This document shows, one piece after another, positions 1 through 13,389 of a DNA stretch of 64,000 nt (its first letter is position 1; every line of letters starts with the position of its first letter). Origin of the DNA: Octopus sinensis (Eukaryota); assembly GCF_006345805.1 (NCBI RefSeq), contig NW_021832374.1:186001-250000 (forward strand), in the 5' to 3' direction. The notes under the pieces are model-generated. The model saw only the letters and a list, made by a program, of their open reading frames with translations, was not told where the DNA came from and did not search any database. A program made the position numbers and the translations under genes.

Positions 1-602
1 GGGTCGTGGGAAGGCAGTTAAGCCAGGAGCCAGAATACGGTTGGCGACTGGCACGGAAGCAAACTAGTCTGTGCTGGTCCAAGAGACGCTCCAACGAGTC
101 AACGTAATATTCACAAATAATTTTGTCCCATTCACGTTGGAGAGATCGTTCTGACGGTAAGACGAAATCCTTTTCCTTCCAAAGCAAGAGTGCAGAATTG
201 ATATCAGAGTCCAAAGTTGATTCGGGTGATTTTTCAAGAATCTTATGGACAAGAAGATACAATCCTGAAGAAGATGAAAGGAAAGCGGGAAGAGAAGGTC
301 GAGCGCGGAGCGAAGCCCCAGACCGCAAAGGATACAGGAAGTTTGGCCTGACACCAACCAACGTCATCAAACTTGACATTAAAAATCTTCTCAGCGGATG
401 AACGCACCAGAGCGTCGAAAGAATCCAAGGCAATAGGAATAGAAAAGCAGCGGGAACTCCTTAGGACATAATTGATTTTCGGGATCAGAAGATAATTTTT
501 GAGAATGAAATAAGCAGGGTGGGGATCAATATCTGCAAGTTTATCACAAAGGAAGAAAGGGCATTCCTCTTGGAAGTGTTTTTCAAAATCTGTTAATTGC
601 AC
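1..602 (-). mobile_element. CRE-like non-LTR retrotransposon RT-region fragment (frameshifted)
   Basis: Translation ...PKINYVLRS...FDALVR...QAKLPVS then, after a frameshift, GLGLRSA. This matches the post-RT region (LP.x.GGLG) of CRE/NeSL-type elements. Runs off the window start. Confidence 0.7.
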
Positions 603-1030
603 ACTCTATTCAAGGTCGTGCAATCTGTAATTGCACATTCTGTCCAAGTCAAATATGATAATAGCTTTAATTTTGATTCATGGTCGATAATGATATATGC
701 ATTTAATTTTAAAGAGAAAATCATAGGATGAATTGAATTTCTTTATCGCGAATAATTGGGAGTTCATCATTGTTAATATTCTCGCTGTCGTTTTCATCAA
801 GGATATTCTTAATACGTGAGATTTTTGCCTCGAAGGTTTTAATGGACCTCATCATGAATGTCGAGGACATTAACGTTGTTCATTTTAATCAAATGCAGAA
901 AATATTTTTTTGATTTTTTGGGGGGAAGGTTTTAAGGACCTCATCATGTAAGTCGAGGACATCGTATTGCCAATTTGAAGTTGGTGTGCACAGACAGACA
1001 GACACACACCATACCATTTTATTATTAAGA
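603..1030 (-). mobile_element. Possible Helitron-like 5' terminal fragment
   Basis: Minus strand starts TCTTAATAATAAAATGG followed by a (GTCT)n microsatellite. Imperfect ~38-bp direct repeat at about 833-870 and 925-962. Confidence 0.35.
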
Positions 1031-1640
1031 CATACCAACATATGCAGTTATAGTTTATGCTTTTCAGATGACTTAACTAATTTTTTTTGGTTTGTCAAAC
1101 TTAACATTTTATTTTGATTATTTTTAAACCATTTTATTGCTCTAGGATCAATAAACTTATGAAATTTACAAAGCATACAGAATATCTATAATTCCGTCAA
1201 TATTTTGAGAAAGAAATAACTTGGAAATTTAATTCATCAAGTATATCAGAAATTAACGCTCAAGTTTGGAAACACTGTGGGTATCAAGTTCTATATTTTA
1301 TAAAAAGTAGATGTGATGACAAGTTTTTACTGATGCATTATTCAATGTCTTGAAAAGTGTATTTAAAGAAGCTAGCTAACACTTTTCAAAGCTTACAGTA
1401 GCCAACTGTATTTTAGAGGGATATAAAAGTATCTATTCGATGGCTGCAAATAAAATCATTAAGAAAACGGAGTACGAATTGCTCCTTCTTGGAGTAAGTA
1501 ACCCGGCCGTAGAGATGAGAGAAAAATTGTTTCACTTTTAATCACCCGAAAAGTTGAAAATTTTTACTTAATTCGAAAATAGTTTTGAATAAAGGAAACT
1601 CGACATTAAAAAAGAAAGATTAAAAACTGAAGATTTAAGA

Positions 1641-1890
1641 TTATGAATCCATTTTATTATTCATTACTTTTTCAACTTCATTTCTGAATTGATTAAATAA
1701 AATGAAGAACTTTAAATCTTGAGAAAAGTCCGTCTCAATAATATCCTCATCCCAGTCGATGTTCCATGCACTCATAGCCAGATGATCCTGTGAATCGTCC
1801 CATTCTGGATAAATATATTATATTCGAACCTTTTATTGGAAAATCCTCAAAATTGTCATCTTCATCAAAACCAAAATCTGAAACATCCAT
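1641..1890 (-). CDS. SEM1: 26S proteasome/BRCA2-associated acidic protein SEM1/DSS1 (3 exons)
   Basis: Spliced product MDVSDFGFDEDDNFEDFPIKEWDDSQDHLAMSAWNIDWDEDIIETDFSQDLKNEVEKVMNNKMDS*. GT-AG introns at 1805-1829 (25 nt) and 1684-1710 (27 nt). Not in the ORF track. Confidence 0.9.
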
Positions 1891-3230
1891 CACTACAATA
1901 TATAATGCTGTTATTATTTAATTTGTAAATTTTTATTATACAATTACATTAAATGCTAATTTTCACTAAAGACTACATAATTAAAAAATCTTAATAATTA
2001 ATTTTTACGCCCGCGAATCAAGATGGTTTTTGAGCGGATATCCCTCGCGATAATACGCTCTAATTCTTTCTCGATCGCGTCGGTTTCCCGTCCATGAAGT
2101 TTGGTTTCGGATTACTTTTTTTATAGTCAAAAAAATCATAGTCGACTATAGCTTTTAATATAGAAGAGTATTGTCTTAACGTGGCCACTTAAAGAAATAT
2201 TGATTTAAAACTAATTTCTTTACTCCAAAAAATAAAGAAAAAAAAAGAGAAATTTGTGCTTGAGAAGCTGCAAATGACATAATCTTTTGGTTTACTGACT
2301 CCGCTAATGGTTTTGTGATTTCGGTGTGGTTTCTATAGTCAAAATAATTAGATCTTTGATGCAATAAACACGACAAAGGAACGTGGAGAAATGATTTATC
2401 GTCGTTTTGTTTTTGAAAACAACCTTTCTTTATTTTTTATTGAATCTATTTGCAATTACAGCTCTATTATTTTAAAGTGTATTTGAGAAATTAAATCGAC
2501 TTCTCCTAATTATAAGAACTCACCTCTTAACGGAGCTATAAACAATTTTAACACTCAAATATGGAATTAAGAAATTAGCTACAAAATGGAACAGAATCAC
2601 ATTTTCGTTTCTCAAAATAAAGGAAAAGTCGCATTATAAATAAACTACACGGTTTTTTTATTTTTGAGATTTTAAATTTTTGTTAGAAGTAAGATTGTTT
2701 ATTATTTGATGAATATTCACGTCATTACTTGAGAAATATATATTGTTAAGGTTTCTCAATTTTAGCATGTTAAAGACCGCCAATACATTTTTGGACCAAC
2801 AAAGAATATTTGGCGGTGATAATTTTGATTTTAATCCCAATGGTCAAGCCTACAAAGACCTTTTAACAACTTTTATTCTCAAAAATGATGTGAAAGATCT
2901 GTATGTTTGGACTAGTCTTTTAAAACGTTTATATAATATTGCAAATGAATTAAACTGCTCTAAACTGCACTGGGATGCTTTAAATGAAATAAATTATCTT
3001 AATTATTGATTTTATTCGTAAAAACAACTTTGATAAGATATCGCTCGATCGACTTAAAATAAAATTTCCAAATGATTGCAACAAAATTGACAGTAATCTC
3101 TACAATTATTGTTTCTCGAATGGCGAGTCATATTGGGATTTTATTTATTGATTTCAGCCAGTCAATAATTGTCGGTTTTATTACTTAATGATAATTTATC
3201 CTACATATATATTGATACTGTCTTTTAGCA

Positions 3231-5137
3231 CAGTGTTTCTCAACCTTTTTTTCCCTGAGGCCCATTTTCAGGGTCATATAAAATCTCAGGCCCATTGCCT
3301 TTAATAAAACTTTGATTAACAAAAAAGTATTTTTATTAACATAAAAAATCTTATTAAAATGTCAATGACTACACTGCTCTTGATGTCTATCTATCAATTG
3401 TCAAGTTGAATTCCAGATCTTGGTTCAACCTCAAACGTAAGTCTCCTCTCTTCTCAATCTGCAATTGATTGCGTTTTTTGTGAGTAAATCGTTTGTTGCA
3501 GAAAATCCTGTCTCAACAACCACCAAGTGGTGGGAAAGCCAAGTACAAACGGAACAACTTTTTCAAAGAGTAATGGATGAATCGATTCTACTTTCATCCA
3601 TCCATATAAGCCATCCCTTTCAATATTTTTCATTAATACTTTTTTCTCCTTCAGTTCAAGAAGTTCTCCAGCAATAATAGGATCAATGTCTTTTTCACTT
3701 AATACGTCAAAATGTGCTATATCTATAATCCAACTAGGCGGATTCATTTCGATGATATCTTTAAATCTTCTAGTCATATCTTCTTTCAAGCATTTCAAGT
3801 GGTCAGTGCAGCTTGCGATTACTTCTGAGCTCGGAGCAGTTTTGGCAAAATTACAAAAATAAGCAAATTCATTTTTTTGAAGATGCATCTTCCAGAGACA
3901 TAACTTGTTCAAAAAAGAGCGTACTTTCTCAGCACTATCTATCAGATTAGCATTTCGCCCTTGCAGTGTCATGTTCAGTTGGTTGACATGTGCGACAAAA
4001 TTCACTGTTGAAACAGCGACTTTCAATGCATGTTCCATGTCATCATTGAGAGATTTAGCACAAAGATGTTCTCGATGGATGATGCAATGAATTGCCAATA
4101 TATGAGGGGCAACTTTTTTTAATTTAGCTACAAAGCCATTCTGTTTGCCGGTCATAGCGCTGGCACCGTCTGTTGCAATCTGCAACAGATTTGACAGAGG
4201 GATCCCATTATCGTACAGATAGTCGTAAACAGCCGCATATATAGTGTCGCTTCGTGTGTCAATCAACTTTTTTATAAATAACATTTCTTCATGAATTGCC
4301 ATTGCATCAATATATCGGACATAAGTAAGTAATAAGGCAGAATTGTTGATTGTTGTCTCATCAATTTGTAGTGAGAACTTAGAAACTTTTAATTTTTCCA
4401 CAAGCTGTTTCTCGAGGTTTTCTGCCATTTCAATTTGCCTTCTCTTCACTGTGTCATTAGACAATGGGATTTTTGTAGAATGTTGGCAGCCTGTTCTCCT
4501 AGCAGTTCTTTAGCACAGATCAACATTGCTGGCTTCACCAGACGTTCTGCAATTGTATGTGGCTTCCCCACCTTAGCAACCAGTTCACTCACTGCATAAC
4601 TGACTTTTAGTGTCTTGTTATTATGCTCATTTGCTTTTTTTAAGCAGAATTCTAAAGTTTTTGGAGCATTCTTTTGGCGTAACTCCACTTTCTTCCTGAA
4701 ATAGCTGCGCTCCTTTCCAACAGAAGCAGGATGCTTCAACTGTTGATGGGCGAACAATTTTGATTTCTTCATGGAAACATTTGTCATTACTAAGCCACAG
4801 TCCACACATTCAGGCCTCTTAGAATCAGCACTTGATGGGATGAAGCCTAGTAATAAAAAATCAGTCTGGTATTTGCGTGTAGTCTTCCTTTTTTCTTTCC
4901 TTGTACTTTTGACATGAACTATACAATCAGGCCTATAATATTTAAATTTAAATATGACAATATCATTAAATTAAAACAAATCAAATCAATTTGAAAATAA
5001 TAACGAATAAAGATTTATTAGTATTAGTATTAACATATTTCTTTGAGGCCCACTCCAGGCCCAATTAAATCTTCAGGCCCATTTCAAAATTTCTCAGGCC
5101 CACAAGTGGGCCTGGGGCCCAACGTTGAGAAACACTG
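3231..5137 (-). mobile_element. hAT (Buster/Charlie-type) DNA transposon with both ends, defective transposase
   Basis: 14-bp TIRs CAGTGTTTCTCAAC and perfect 8-bp TSD TTTTAGCA (3223-3230 / 5138-5145, nnnTAnnn). Transposase motifs FSLQIDETT, ATDGASAMTG, HCIIHREHL. Frameshifts and an internal deletion removing the WLSRG region. Subterminal AGGCCC repeats. Confidence 0.95.
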
Positions 5138-5669
5138 TTTTAGCATACTTTCTTGATGTTCCATTATTTCATATTTTGTAGAGGAAATGTGTAAATATGA
5201 AAAATATCAAAACTGTGTAGAGAGCTTACTCTAGTTCCGTATTGATGAGTGGAAGATATATTTATTTACTAGCAAATTATGTTTAATAAGAAAATTATAA
5301 ATTAAAATGACTTTTAAACGTAAAAATAGTGGTTCTTTATTTTTCTTGCATGAAGATTCTCATTCCAGGAAACATTTTCGTTCTAAAAAATTCATCATTT
5401 ATGACTTCAATGTAACACGTGAATTGTTAATTCTTATTCGACATATCCTTTTCCAATGTTGAATTCAACAAGCTACGAGATTGGTATTGAAGGGTAAAGG
5501 AATTAAAATCTGTAAATTTCTTTTTCTAGATGGTTAGTAAAGTTGAGACCTTTCTTTCAGTGTCCGTCTGTCTTAATTAAGAAATCCTCTTTTTTGGATT
5601 AGTTAAAATTTAATTTTCATTATTAATTTAATAATAAAATAATAATATTAAAACATGGTTTTTTATTAG

Positions 5670-6722
5670 ATGAGTGGTGATCGCAAGGCTTCTGGATTTG
5701 TAAATTTCTCGAGTGGCGCGTAAGAAATATATTTTTATTCATTCTATCAAATTCAGAATAGCAGGAGTTATTGGAACAGTTGCCACATTTCCTTTAGACG
5801 TTCTAAAAACTAGACTTCAGTCCTCACTTAGTTGTTCTGTGGGAGTAGATGCCAGGTTATATATAATTGCATTTCCAGGTATTATTCAGCGGCTCAAATC
5901 CAGTCCAAAAATGTATTTAACAATATATACACTTCTTTGCGGTTTACTTATTTGAAAGAATCATTAACATTAGGCATATCAGACAAACTGAGGGAATACA
6001 TGGACTATATAAGGGACTCAATGCCTCTTTGTTGGGAATTGTTCCTAGTCGGTTTTATTATTTTATTCATGTTTTTAGATCTATTTATTTTTTTTCATAT
6101 TCAAGTGCAAGGAATTACTTTTCCAGGAATTCAACTAATTCGAGCCCATTTCTTCTCGATGTGATTGCTTCTGCCGCTTTTGGCGGATTTGTAACTTCGA
6201 CAGTGATGAATCCAATTTGGGTGCTCAAGACGCGCTTTCAACTTGACCGACTTTCAAATTCAAGTCAGACTATAATTGCCTCTTTCAAAAAAATATATCA
6301 CAGAGAAGGAATCAAAGCCTTTTACCGTGGATTGTCTGCGACTTATTTAGGAATATCAGAAACTGTTTTATTTTTTACACTTTATGAACATTTATGCTCA
6401 ATTTTTGCCCCACCAAATGAAACTGATCAACAAGTTTTGAAGAAAACTGGACTTTCTGCTTGTGCTAAATCAATTGCCTGTATTTTTGCATATCCTCATG
6501 GTCAGTTATTAAAATATTTATAATTTAGAGGTAATTCGTACTCGGGTCCGCGAGGAAAACTCAAAGTATAAAACACTTAGTTCAGCCTTGTCTGGAATAT
6601 TCCATAATGAAGGAATTCGGGCTTTCTATCGTGGATTAGGTACACATTTTATTAGACAAGTTCCCAATTCTGCAATAACCTTAACTGTCTTTGAAGTGGG
6701 ATCCAGATATTTTTCACAGTAA
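5670..6722 (+). CDS. Mitochondrial pyrimidine nucleotide carrier SLC25A33/36 (Rim2-like), multi-exon
   Basis: Three carrier motifs (FPLDVLKTRLQS, NPIWVLKTRFQL, YPHEVIRTRVRE) and C-terminal RQVPNSAI, joined across micro-introns. Confidence 0.88.
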
Positions 6723-6962
6723 TATATTCTTTGTATATATTTACGTTTGGTTATTTCTATTACATTTAATCAGTCTGAATATAATTAGTTTTTAATACTT
6801 TTCGAATTGAAAGAATATGGATGGGCTGCTACTTCTTTAAAAATTTTTTGTAACCGACAATGGCCTCGCGATGTTTTTTTGTGTGTCTCGTCGACTAAGC
6901 AGAGAACTTAAAAATGATAAAAAAGTAAGATTAACGAAAAACTAAAGCTAATTTTATTGGTA

Positions 6963-8307
6963 CAGTGAATACTCCCAAATTCGCCATTTTTGGTTCCGTC
7001 ATTTTTTGCGGCGAATTTGAGAAATGGCGAATTTCAGAATATAATCAATAATTTTCGAATGTGAGTAGAACTTTTTTTTTTAATCATTAAGCAGAGAAAG
7101 TGAAAAGAGTTAAAATGCGCAGCGGATCGACTGGCAATTCCCGAGCATGATGGCCAAAGAGATCCGTTGAAAGAGTCTGATCGACTCGTTGGGATCTTTC
7201 GTGGGAACCACGAGCTTAGATCCAAGGCGGCGGAGAAACTATAGCGTCTGCGGGCCGATGACTCCAGAGGTTTCCACCGCGACTGCAGTGAATTGGTGAT
7301 TCTTTGCCAGGACCCGGTACTTCTTCTGTGAGTAGAACTGTTTGATAATCCGAAAATAGCCAAAATTGACGTAATTGGAAAAATTAATTTTATTTTAACA
7401 AAGAATTATGCTTTTTTATCAAAGTAATATTCTAGTCCCGTTTGTTGTCTCTTTATATTTTGATTTTTTCTTCGAATTTTCGAATTGAAGTAATTAGACG
7501 CACACCTTTGGTTGAATTATTCCTGTTGCATTTTTAGGAAAGAACATAATTTTTAAATTTTCAAGATGACGAGGTATACAATGAGTAGGACAATTATTGA
7601 TCAAAAGCAAAATTGACTTTTTTTCCTTCGTCAAAAATTTTCAAAATTAATCACCCATTTACTAAAAATTTGGCCCATCATCCAAGCCCTTTTTGAACTG
7701 TAATATGAAACAGAGCATTAATAGTCGTAATTTTTGAAACATCTTAGCATCTTTGATTTTTCAATTAAAACAGGCTTTAGCTTGTGATTCCCAGACATAT
7801 TTGCACACAACATTACAGATACCCGATCTTTAAAATCTTTATATTCTCCAAACTGAGTCTTGCAAATACTTTTAGACGGAATTAGTTTGTTGAAAATCCC
7901 TGTTTCATCAAGCTTATAAATTTCATCAGGAGTATAGGACTTGGATAAATTTTGAAATTCATTTAAAAATCCTTCGATGTCAACTTTCTTTATCAATTTT
8001 TATCTGCCCATGCAATTTTCTCAGATGAAATTCATGTCTCTTTTTAAACTTGAACAAGAATCCGGCAGAGTTCTTAAAATTACCGAGAGAAAGATCTCAA
8101 GCAAAAATTTCGGCCTTGTGGAATATTAAGGTATCATTTAGCTTTAGAATACCTTTCGATTCCATAAGATCCATCCACTCAATATTTTTTTATTTAAAAA
8201 TTTTAAAAAATTGTGGCGAATTTCCATTGAAACTAGAATTTTTGTTTAAAAAAGGCGAATCTAAGAATTGGCGAATTTGAGAATGGCAAATTTGGGGGTA
8301 TTCACTG
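6963..8307 (-). mobile_element. pogo/Tigger DNA transposon relic
   Basis: Imperfect TIRs CAGTGAATACTCCCAAATTCGCCATT / AATGGCAAATTTGGGGGTATTCACTG with TA on both sides. Transposase motifs DETGIF, KDRVSVMLCANMSG, KLKP and AWM. Confidence 0.9.
7073..7326 (-). mobile_element. 5'-truncated CRE-like non-LTR retrotransposon (REL endonuclease end plus poly-A) nested in the pogo element
   Basis: Poly-T at 7072-7081. 13-bp TSD TGTGAGTAGAACT (7060-7072 / 7327-7339). An alternative frame gives PIHCSRGGNLWS...LFQRISLAIMLGNC, the REL C-terminus. Confidence 0.8.
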
Positions 8308-8667
8308 TACAGGGAATTCTTCACCATTTAGATATACAATTTCCTTTACTTATTCAATTATTTAATCTAAACTAATTTGTATAATTTTTGAGAGAAAGAA
8401 AATGGATCGTTATTTAATGGATGAGATTATTTTTTTTAAAACTTATGAATTTTCTCGACATCTTTAAATCTTTTTTTCTTAAATCCACGTTTTAAACCTA
8501 TTTTGAGAAATAACTTAATTTTCTTTACTTCGAAATCGTTTGAAAGTTTAACCAAAAATTTTAATACTAAACTTTTTAGATTGTTTAAATTGGTTCCATT
8601 AACGATTAATTTCGTCAATTAAAGAGCTATTGTTGAAAAGGTATTTTTTAACATGAAAATTAAATTG

Positions 8668-10691
8668 TCATTTAAAATATTCAAACTCTAGCCTCTGATA
8701 TATGCTTGCGTATTTTTGTACCTATAAAAATTTAGTTAACTTGATACGTCGCCGTTTTGCGAAAGTTCGATTTTTGAATTTTTTTTGTTTATTTGATTTA
8801 AAATTGTATTTGTTTTCCTAAGTTCTAAAATTTGTGTTTAGCAGTAAACTACCTTGTTGACGCTGCATATCTTGATTATAACGAAATGATTTATCTGGAT
8901 CCCATTCTTTTTCTATCGATGTTTCTAAATGTTTATTTCTTCTAGTTGAGCATGCTGATTTCCTTCCAGATGTCTGATGTTTATGTAATTTAATAAGAAC
9001 ATTCGTACGGTTTTAACTGGAATCAAATTGTTTGGAAATTTGAAAATAACTTTAGGATCTAAAATTCTTTAAAATTGATTAAAATAGTTTAAACTCGTTT
9101 TCAGATGAAAAATTATCAAAATCGAAAATACTTTCTTCACAATTTTTCATAGCTTTAAAATTCATTATTTTTTCATCATTTGAAAATTCGGTCATTTCTT
9201 GGTTATCAGAAAATTCCAATAAATGATTCATATATTTACAACCCTTATTTTTATGTTGAATATAACAATTTTATACGACTGTATTCGAAAGAGAATCAAA
9301 CAGAGTATATTGTTTACCACAACATTTGTACATTGGAGACTGAAACCAATTTTTTGTTTCAGCCACTTTTCTATGTACCAAACATCTGTTATATTTGTAG
9401 ATTGGAAAAAACTTACAACATCTGAATGAATTTTAATGAGTTTACCTTAAACATTGAAAGTAGTTAACAATGCTCCAGATTCTCCAAAAAACATTCCTCC
9501 AATCGTGTAGTTCATTTTTACACCAAGCTATAAATGAATTAATATTCCATTCTGGGTCTATTTGATGGAGATACAAAATTTCTCCGTTTTTTAAAATTGT
9601 AAATCTACCCAGAATAGTAAAAAATTATTTAACCTTTCAGGTAGACACAAAAGTAATTTTTCTGTTTCAGTAGTTAAAAGTTTTTTGCAAAAAAGACATC
9701 TCTACTGATTTGTAAATATACAAACCTAAAGAGCAAACAACTTTTTTCTGGGCTTAATGTTTGCTCATTTTTTATTAACAATAATTCATGTATCTTACTT
9801 AAATAAATCCGCCTTAAAATGTCTAATATAAAAACTGAACGATTTAATTTTGTCTTTAGTGTCAGAAATAGATTCAATTTCCAGAGGAGTGAACTGCTTC
9901 GAAATTCTATATAAAATCAAAAAGTTAAAACAAACTTTTTGATCAATTCGTCGTTAATTGAATTGAGATTTATTCTCGAAAAAATCATTGCATTAATCTG
10001 TTCGCAAAATTTTTTAATGGAAAGTTCAACCTATAATAAATTAAAAATATTCTACCAAAGATTTCATACCAAGAAAATCTGCGGAAATCAACAAAGCGAC
10101 AATATTAATGGAACCTTTGAATTATTAATAAATAAATTAAACTTGGAATTTGTAGAACGACATCCTTGTTCTCAAAAGTTAATTGACGAGTAGCGTAATT
10201 AATCAAAAATTCAAAGACTTCAACGTCGGAATGTACAGATATGTCAACTTTTTTATTTTTACGATTTTTTGGTAAATTGTCAGAAAAATATTTCATTTGA
10301 TCGACAATTATATATTCTGGACAAGTGAAATAACGAGTCACTTTAAAATTATTTTATTAAATACTACCGCCCCGTTCGCTGTCGATAACGCAAATAGTCA
10401 ATATTTCACTTTAAATTATAAACAAAAACAATATTTACTTATTTGAACTTGGTTCCGTTTGATCGATACTATTATCTGAATATTGTGTATCTGAATATTA
10501 TATTTATAAATAACTTTTTGTTGGCTCAGACACGACATTGTTTTGCTTTATATAACTTTTAGATATTTCAGTGTTATTTAATGATGTTTCTGACTAAAAT
10601 AAAAATAATATTTTTACATTGTGAGGTGTTGAATAATTAAATGTCTTTTTTAAAATGCTAACTATATTATCGTCGATGTTTCTTCCATCAT
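8668..10691 (-). CDS. SANBR: SANT and BTB domain regulator (KIAA1841/SANBR, DUF3342) homolog, multi-exon
   Basis: Motifs MKYFS...VDISVHSDVEVFEFLINY, ILISADFLGM, KWDPDKSFRYNQDMQRQ and C-terminal SIYQRLE. The start is approximate. Confidence 0.8.
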
Positions 10692-12400
10692 TTAAAAGAT
10701 TTGGCACGACTTTTGATTGTGGGTCCATTAAGTGAATTTTTTCAAATAATAACGTGCTTAGTGATAATTAAATATTATGCCAATAAAAATAATTTTTATA
10801 TTTAAATAAATATTATTAAAACAAGATATTTATATTGCCTGCTCGAAAGTGCCTCAGCCTTTAAAAATTATATTTTATTCAAAAGTGAACAATATTCCTT
10901 AAAGTTCAGATTATTATGACAATTTATGTTCTCCATTATCTAAATTTAAAAAAATAATATAGTTTGAAGAAATTATAATATCAAAGTGTTATTTTCAAAC
11001 TACAATCAAATAAATTTTAGCCCATGAAAATAAAGGTTTTTGATTGAATGTGTTATATTGTCTAGAGAAGGAAGATGGAAAAATAAGCACTCGGAAAAAG
11101 ACCCTATTTAGATTTTTAGAAAAATTCGTAATAAGAACAAAGTTAACAATAGGAAAACATCAAATTTAAATAATTTTGCATTATAATTTTTGTTAAAATC
11201 GTTTATGAATTATAGTTCTTTTTTCGGACTTTATACTGGATGATTAACTTGTTTATATTTCAAATTTTTGATAAATGAGATAGTGAAGTTGAGTCCACAC
11301 AAATCCACATGAAGTTCGATTATATTTTATTGAACAATGTTTTTAGTAAGTCATCCAAAATATTTAGCAATTACATGAGATAGATCAAAAAAATAATTTT
11401 CAAGTCAGTTACAAGAAATATTTGATTTAAAAATTTTTTGTTTATTTTTGAAAGCAACGCGATCATTTATTGGAATAAAATGTTTGTTGGAAATTTGATT
11501 AAACACAACTCCTAAAAATAATAAGTTAATTTCACTTTTTAAAAAATTATAAATTCAATATAAATTGGAAAATATTAATATTTGTCGACAAAATGGACAA
11601 AATTAAAATGATTTTGAATGTTTAAAAACTATACGAGATTCAAGAAATGCGTGCGGCTTGCGAGTGAAATTTCCAACCCTGGCAAAAAATACTGAAAGGT
11701 CTAACAACAACTAGGCTATATAAATATAAATTTTGATCTTTACTGTATATAAAAAAATAAGTACCGGGAAACTCCTAACTCTGAAAAAAATCTTAAAATT
11801 CCGCTAGCAAACAAAAAACCACATTTTTAACAATTAATTAAAACTAAACTAAAGAAAAAGTCAAAAAGAACCTATTAATTTGTGTTGAATAAAATTATGG
11901 GTGTCAACCAGAATTCTTAACTAATGCTCGAATATTTTGCAATTTTTGATTTCTTGACATACACCTGAAAAAGCAGGCAGAGTAGATTAGATTGTGACAT
12001 CCAAGATAATACACCGCCATCACGATAGGGGAAAAATGTCAATTCGTAAGGACTATTCCCGTCTCGGTAAGCCAGACTCACAGGCTTTTAAATAGAACAA
12101 AATCCTTCTGAGTCCACGACTTTCACGACAATGCCGTTCAACGCATGGTACGTGGGAAATATACAGTTTGCAAAAGAGAAAACCAAATCGCTTAAAATCA
12201 ACAACTTTCTCGCATTGACAATCAAGGGCTGGTCGACTTTAAGACCCAGACCTAGGCAAATTTCGATCAGACGGTTCTCAAGAGAGATGGATTTATAGTC
12301 ATCATAAATTGAGATGCAAATATATTACGTTACTCTAAATAAAATATTTTTTAAATAAATTATTTTTATTAAATCAATTAGTTTTTTTTTGTGGTTGACC

Positions 12401-13223
12401 ATGGACGAGTTTCAGATCGATGCATTACCATATTATGATGAAGGTTATAACAACGTGGATGTCAAAGAAACTGTTATTAAATTTAAAAATTAATTATAAA
12501 GGTCTTAAAACTCATACGGAATGAGACAAAAATATACCCAATGACAAGAAACTATTTAGAACATCTGCCACCAATAGACTTCCATGCTTTCGAGGTTTGT
12601 ATATTTAAATATGAATTAATTAGACTGAATTTATGAAACAAGAAATAGAAAGAATTGAGGCTGGAATTCCCATGAATGTCGTTCAAACGAACAGGTAGCA
12701 CAATTTATTGCTATTTTATAGTTTTGAAGTACAAAAACCATGTGACAGCGACATAAATAATGCCTCTGCCTGGATAAATTGTGTTAATAATGCAAAGGCA
12801 CAAATTGCACATCAAAAAGTCAAGTTAGTAACATTTATTATTAATTAATTAAAATATAAAAAAATTGGTAATTAAAAAAATTATTAATTCTTTAAACAAA
12901 AATGTTTGTTAGAATTCAAAATCTTCAATTACTTTCTACTTATGGAACAAAAATACATTTAGAATATAACGACATTCTCGAAAAAATGGTGTCCAATGTT
13001 CAACAAGAATTGAACTCTTTAAAGTTAAATATTACAAATTAATATATTTAGAACAAAAATTCGGGACGTAAATTTGACGAGGAAGAATGAACAGATTGAA
13101 GCAGGCGACAAAATAATGAATTTACAAAAAGAGTAGAAATAGGTTTTTTATTTTATTAGATGGAATGCTCTTGTTAGTCAAAATTATGAAATATTGTGTG
13201 CCATTCAGCAGCTTAAAACTTAA
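12401..13223 (+). CDS. BCAS2: Pre-mRNA splicing factor SPF27/BCAS2 (Prp19 complex), multi-exon
   Basis: Spliced MDEFQIDALPYYDEGY...TRNYLEHLP...AWINCVNNAKAQIAHQ...NLQLL...RKNEQIEAGDKI...WNALVSQNYEI. Absent from the ORF track. Confidence 0.9.
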
Positions 13224-13389
13224 AGTTTTTTACTTTTTCTTTAATTGTTTTGGTTTTTTTAATTTTATTATATTACGACGAATTATTAAAAACCTGCCAT
13301 CCTGAACTTGTAAAAAAATGTCAGGCTTAAATTACTGACGCGACCAAAAAACAGATTTTAATTCTTTGAAATGGAAAATAAAGAAAATT

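Noticed and set aside
2587-3230. Possible plus-strand gene containing ORF 2743-3009
   Set aside because: No recognisable domain and no stop-free spliced model. It is perhaps a pseudogene disrupted by the hAT.
5655-5672. ATG followed by a possible 12-nt GT-AG intron before the carrier start codon
   Set aside because: It is far below the other intron sizes, and the ATG at 5670 is sufficient.
10900-12300. Exon-like and TE-like scraps between SANBR and BCAS2
   Set aside because: Stops occur in all frames and no family could be assigned.
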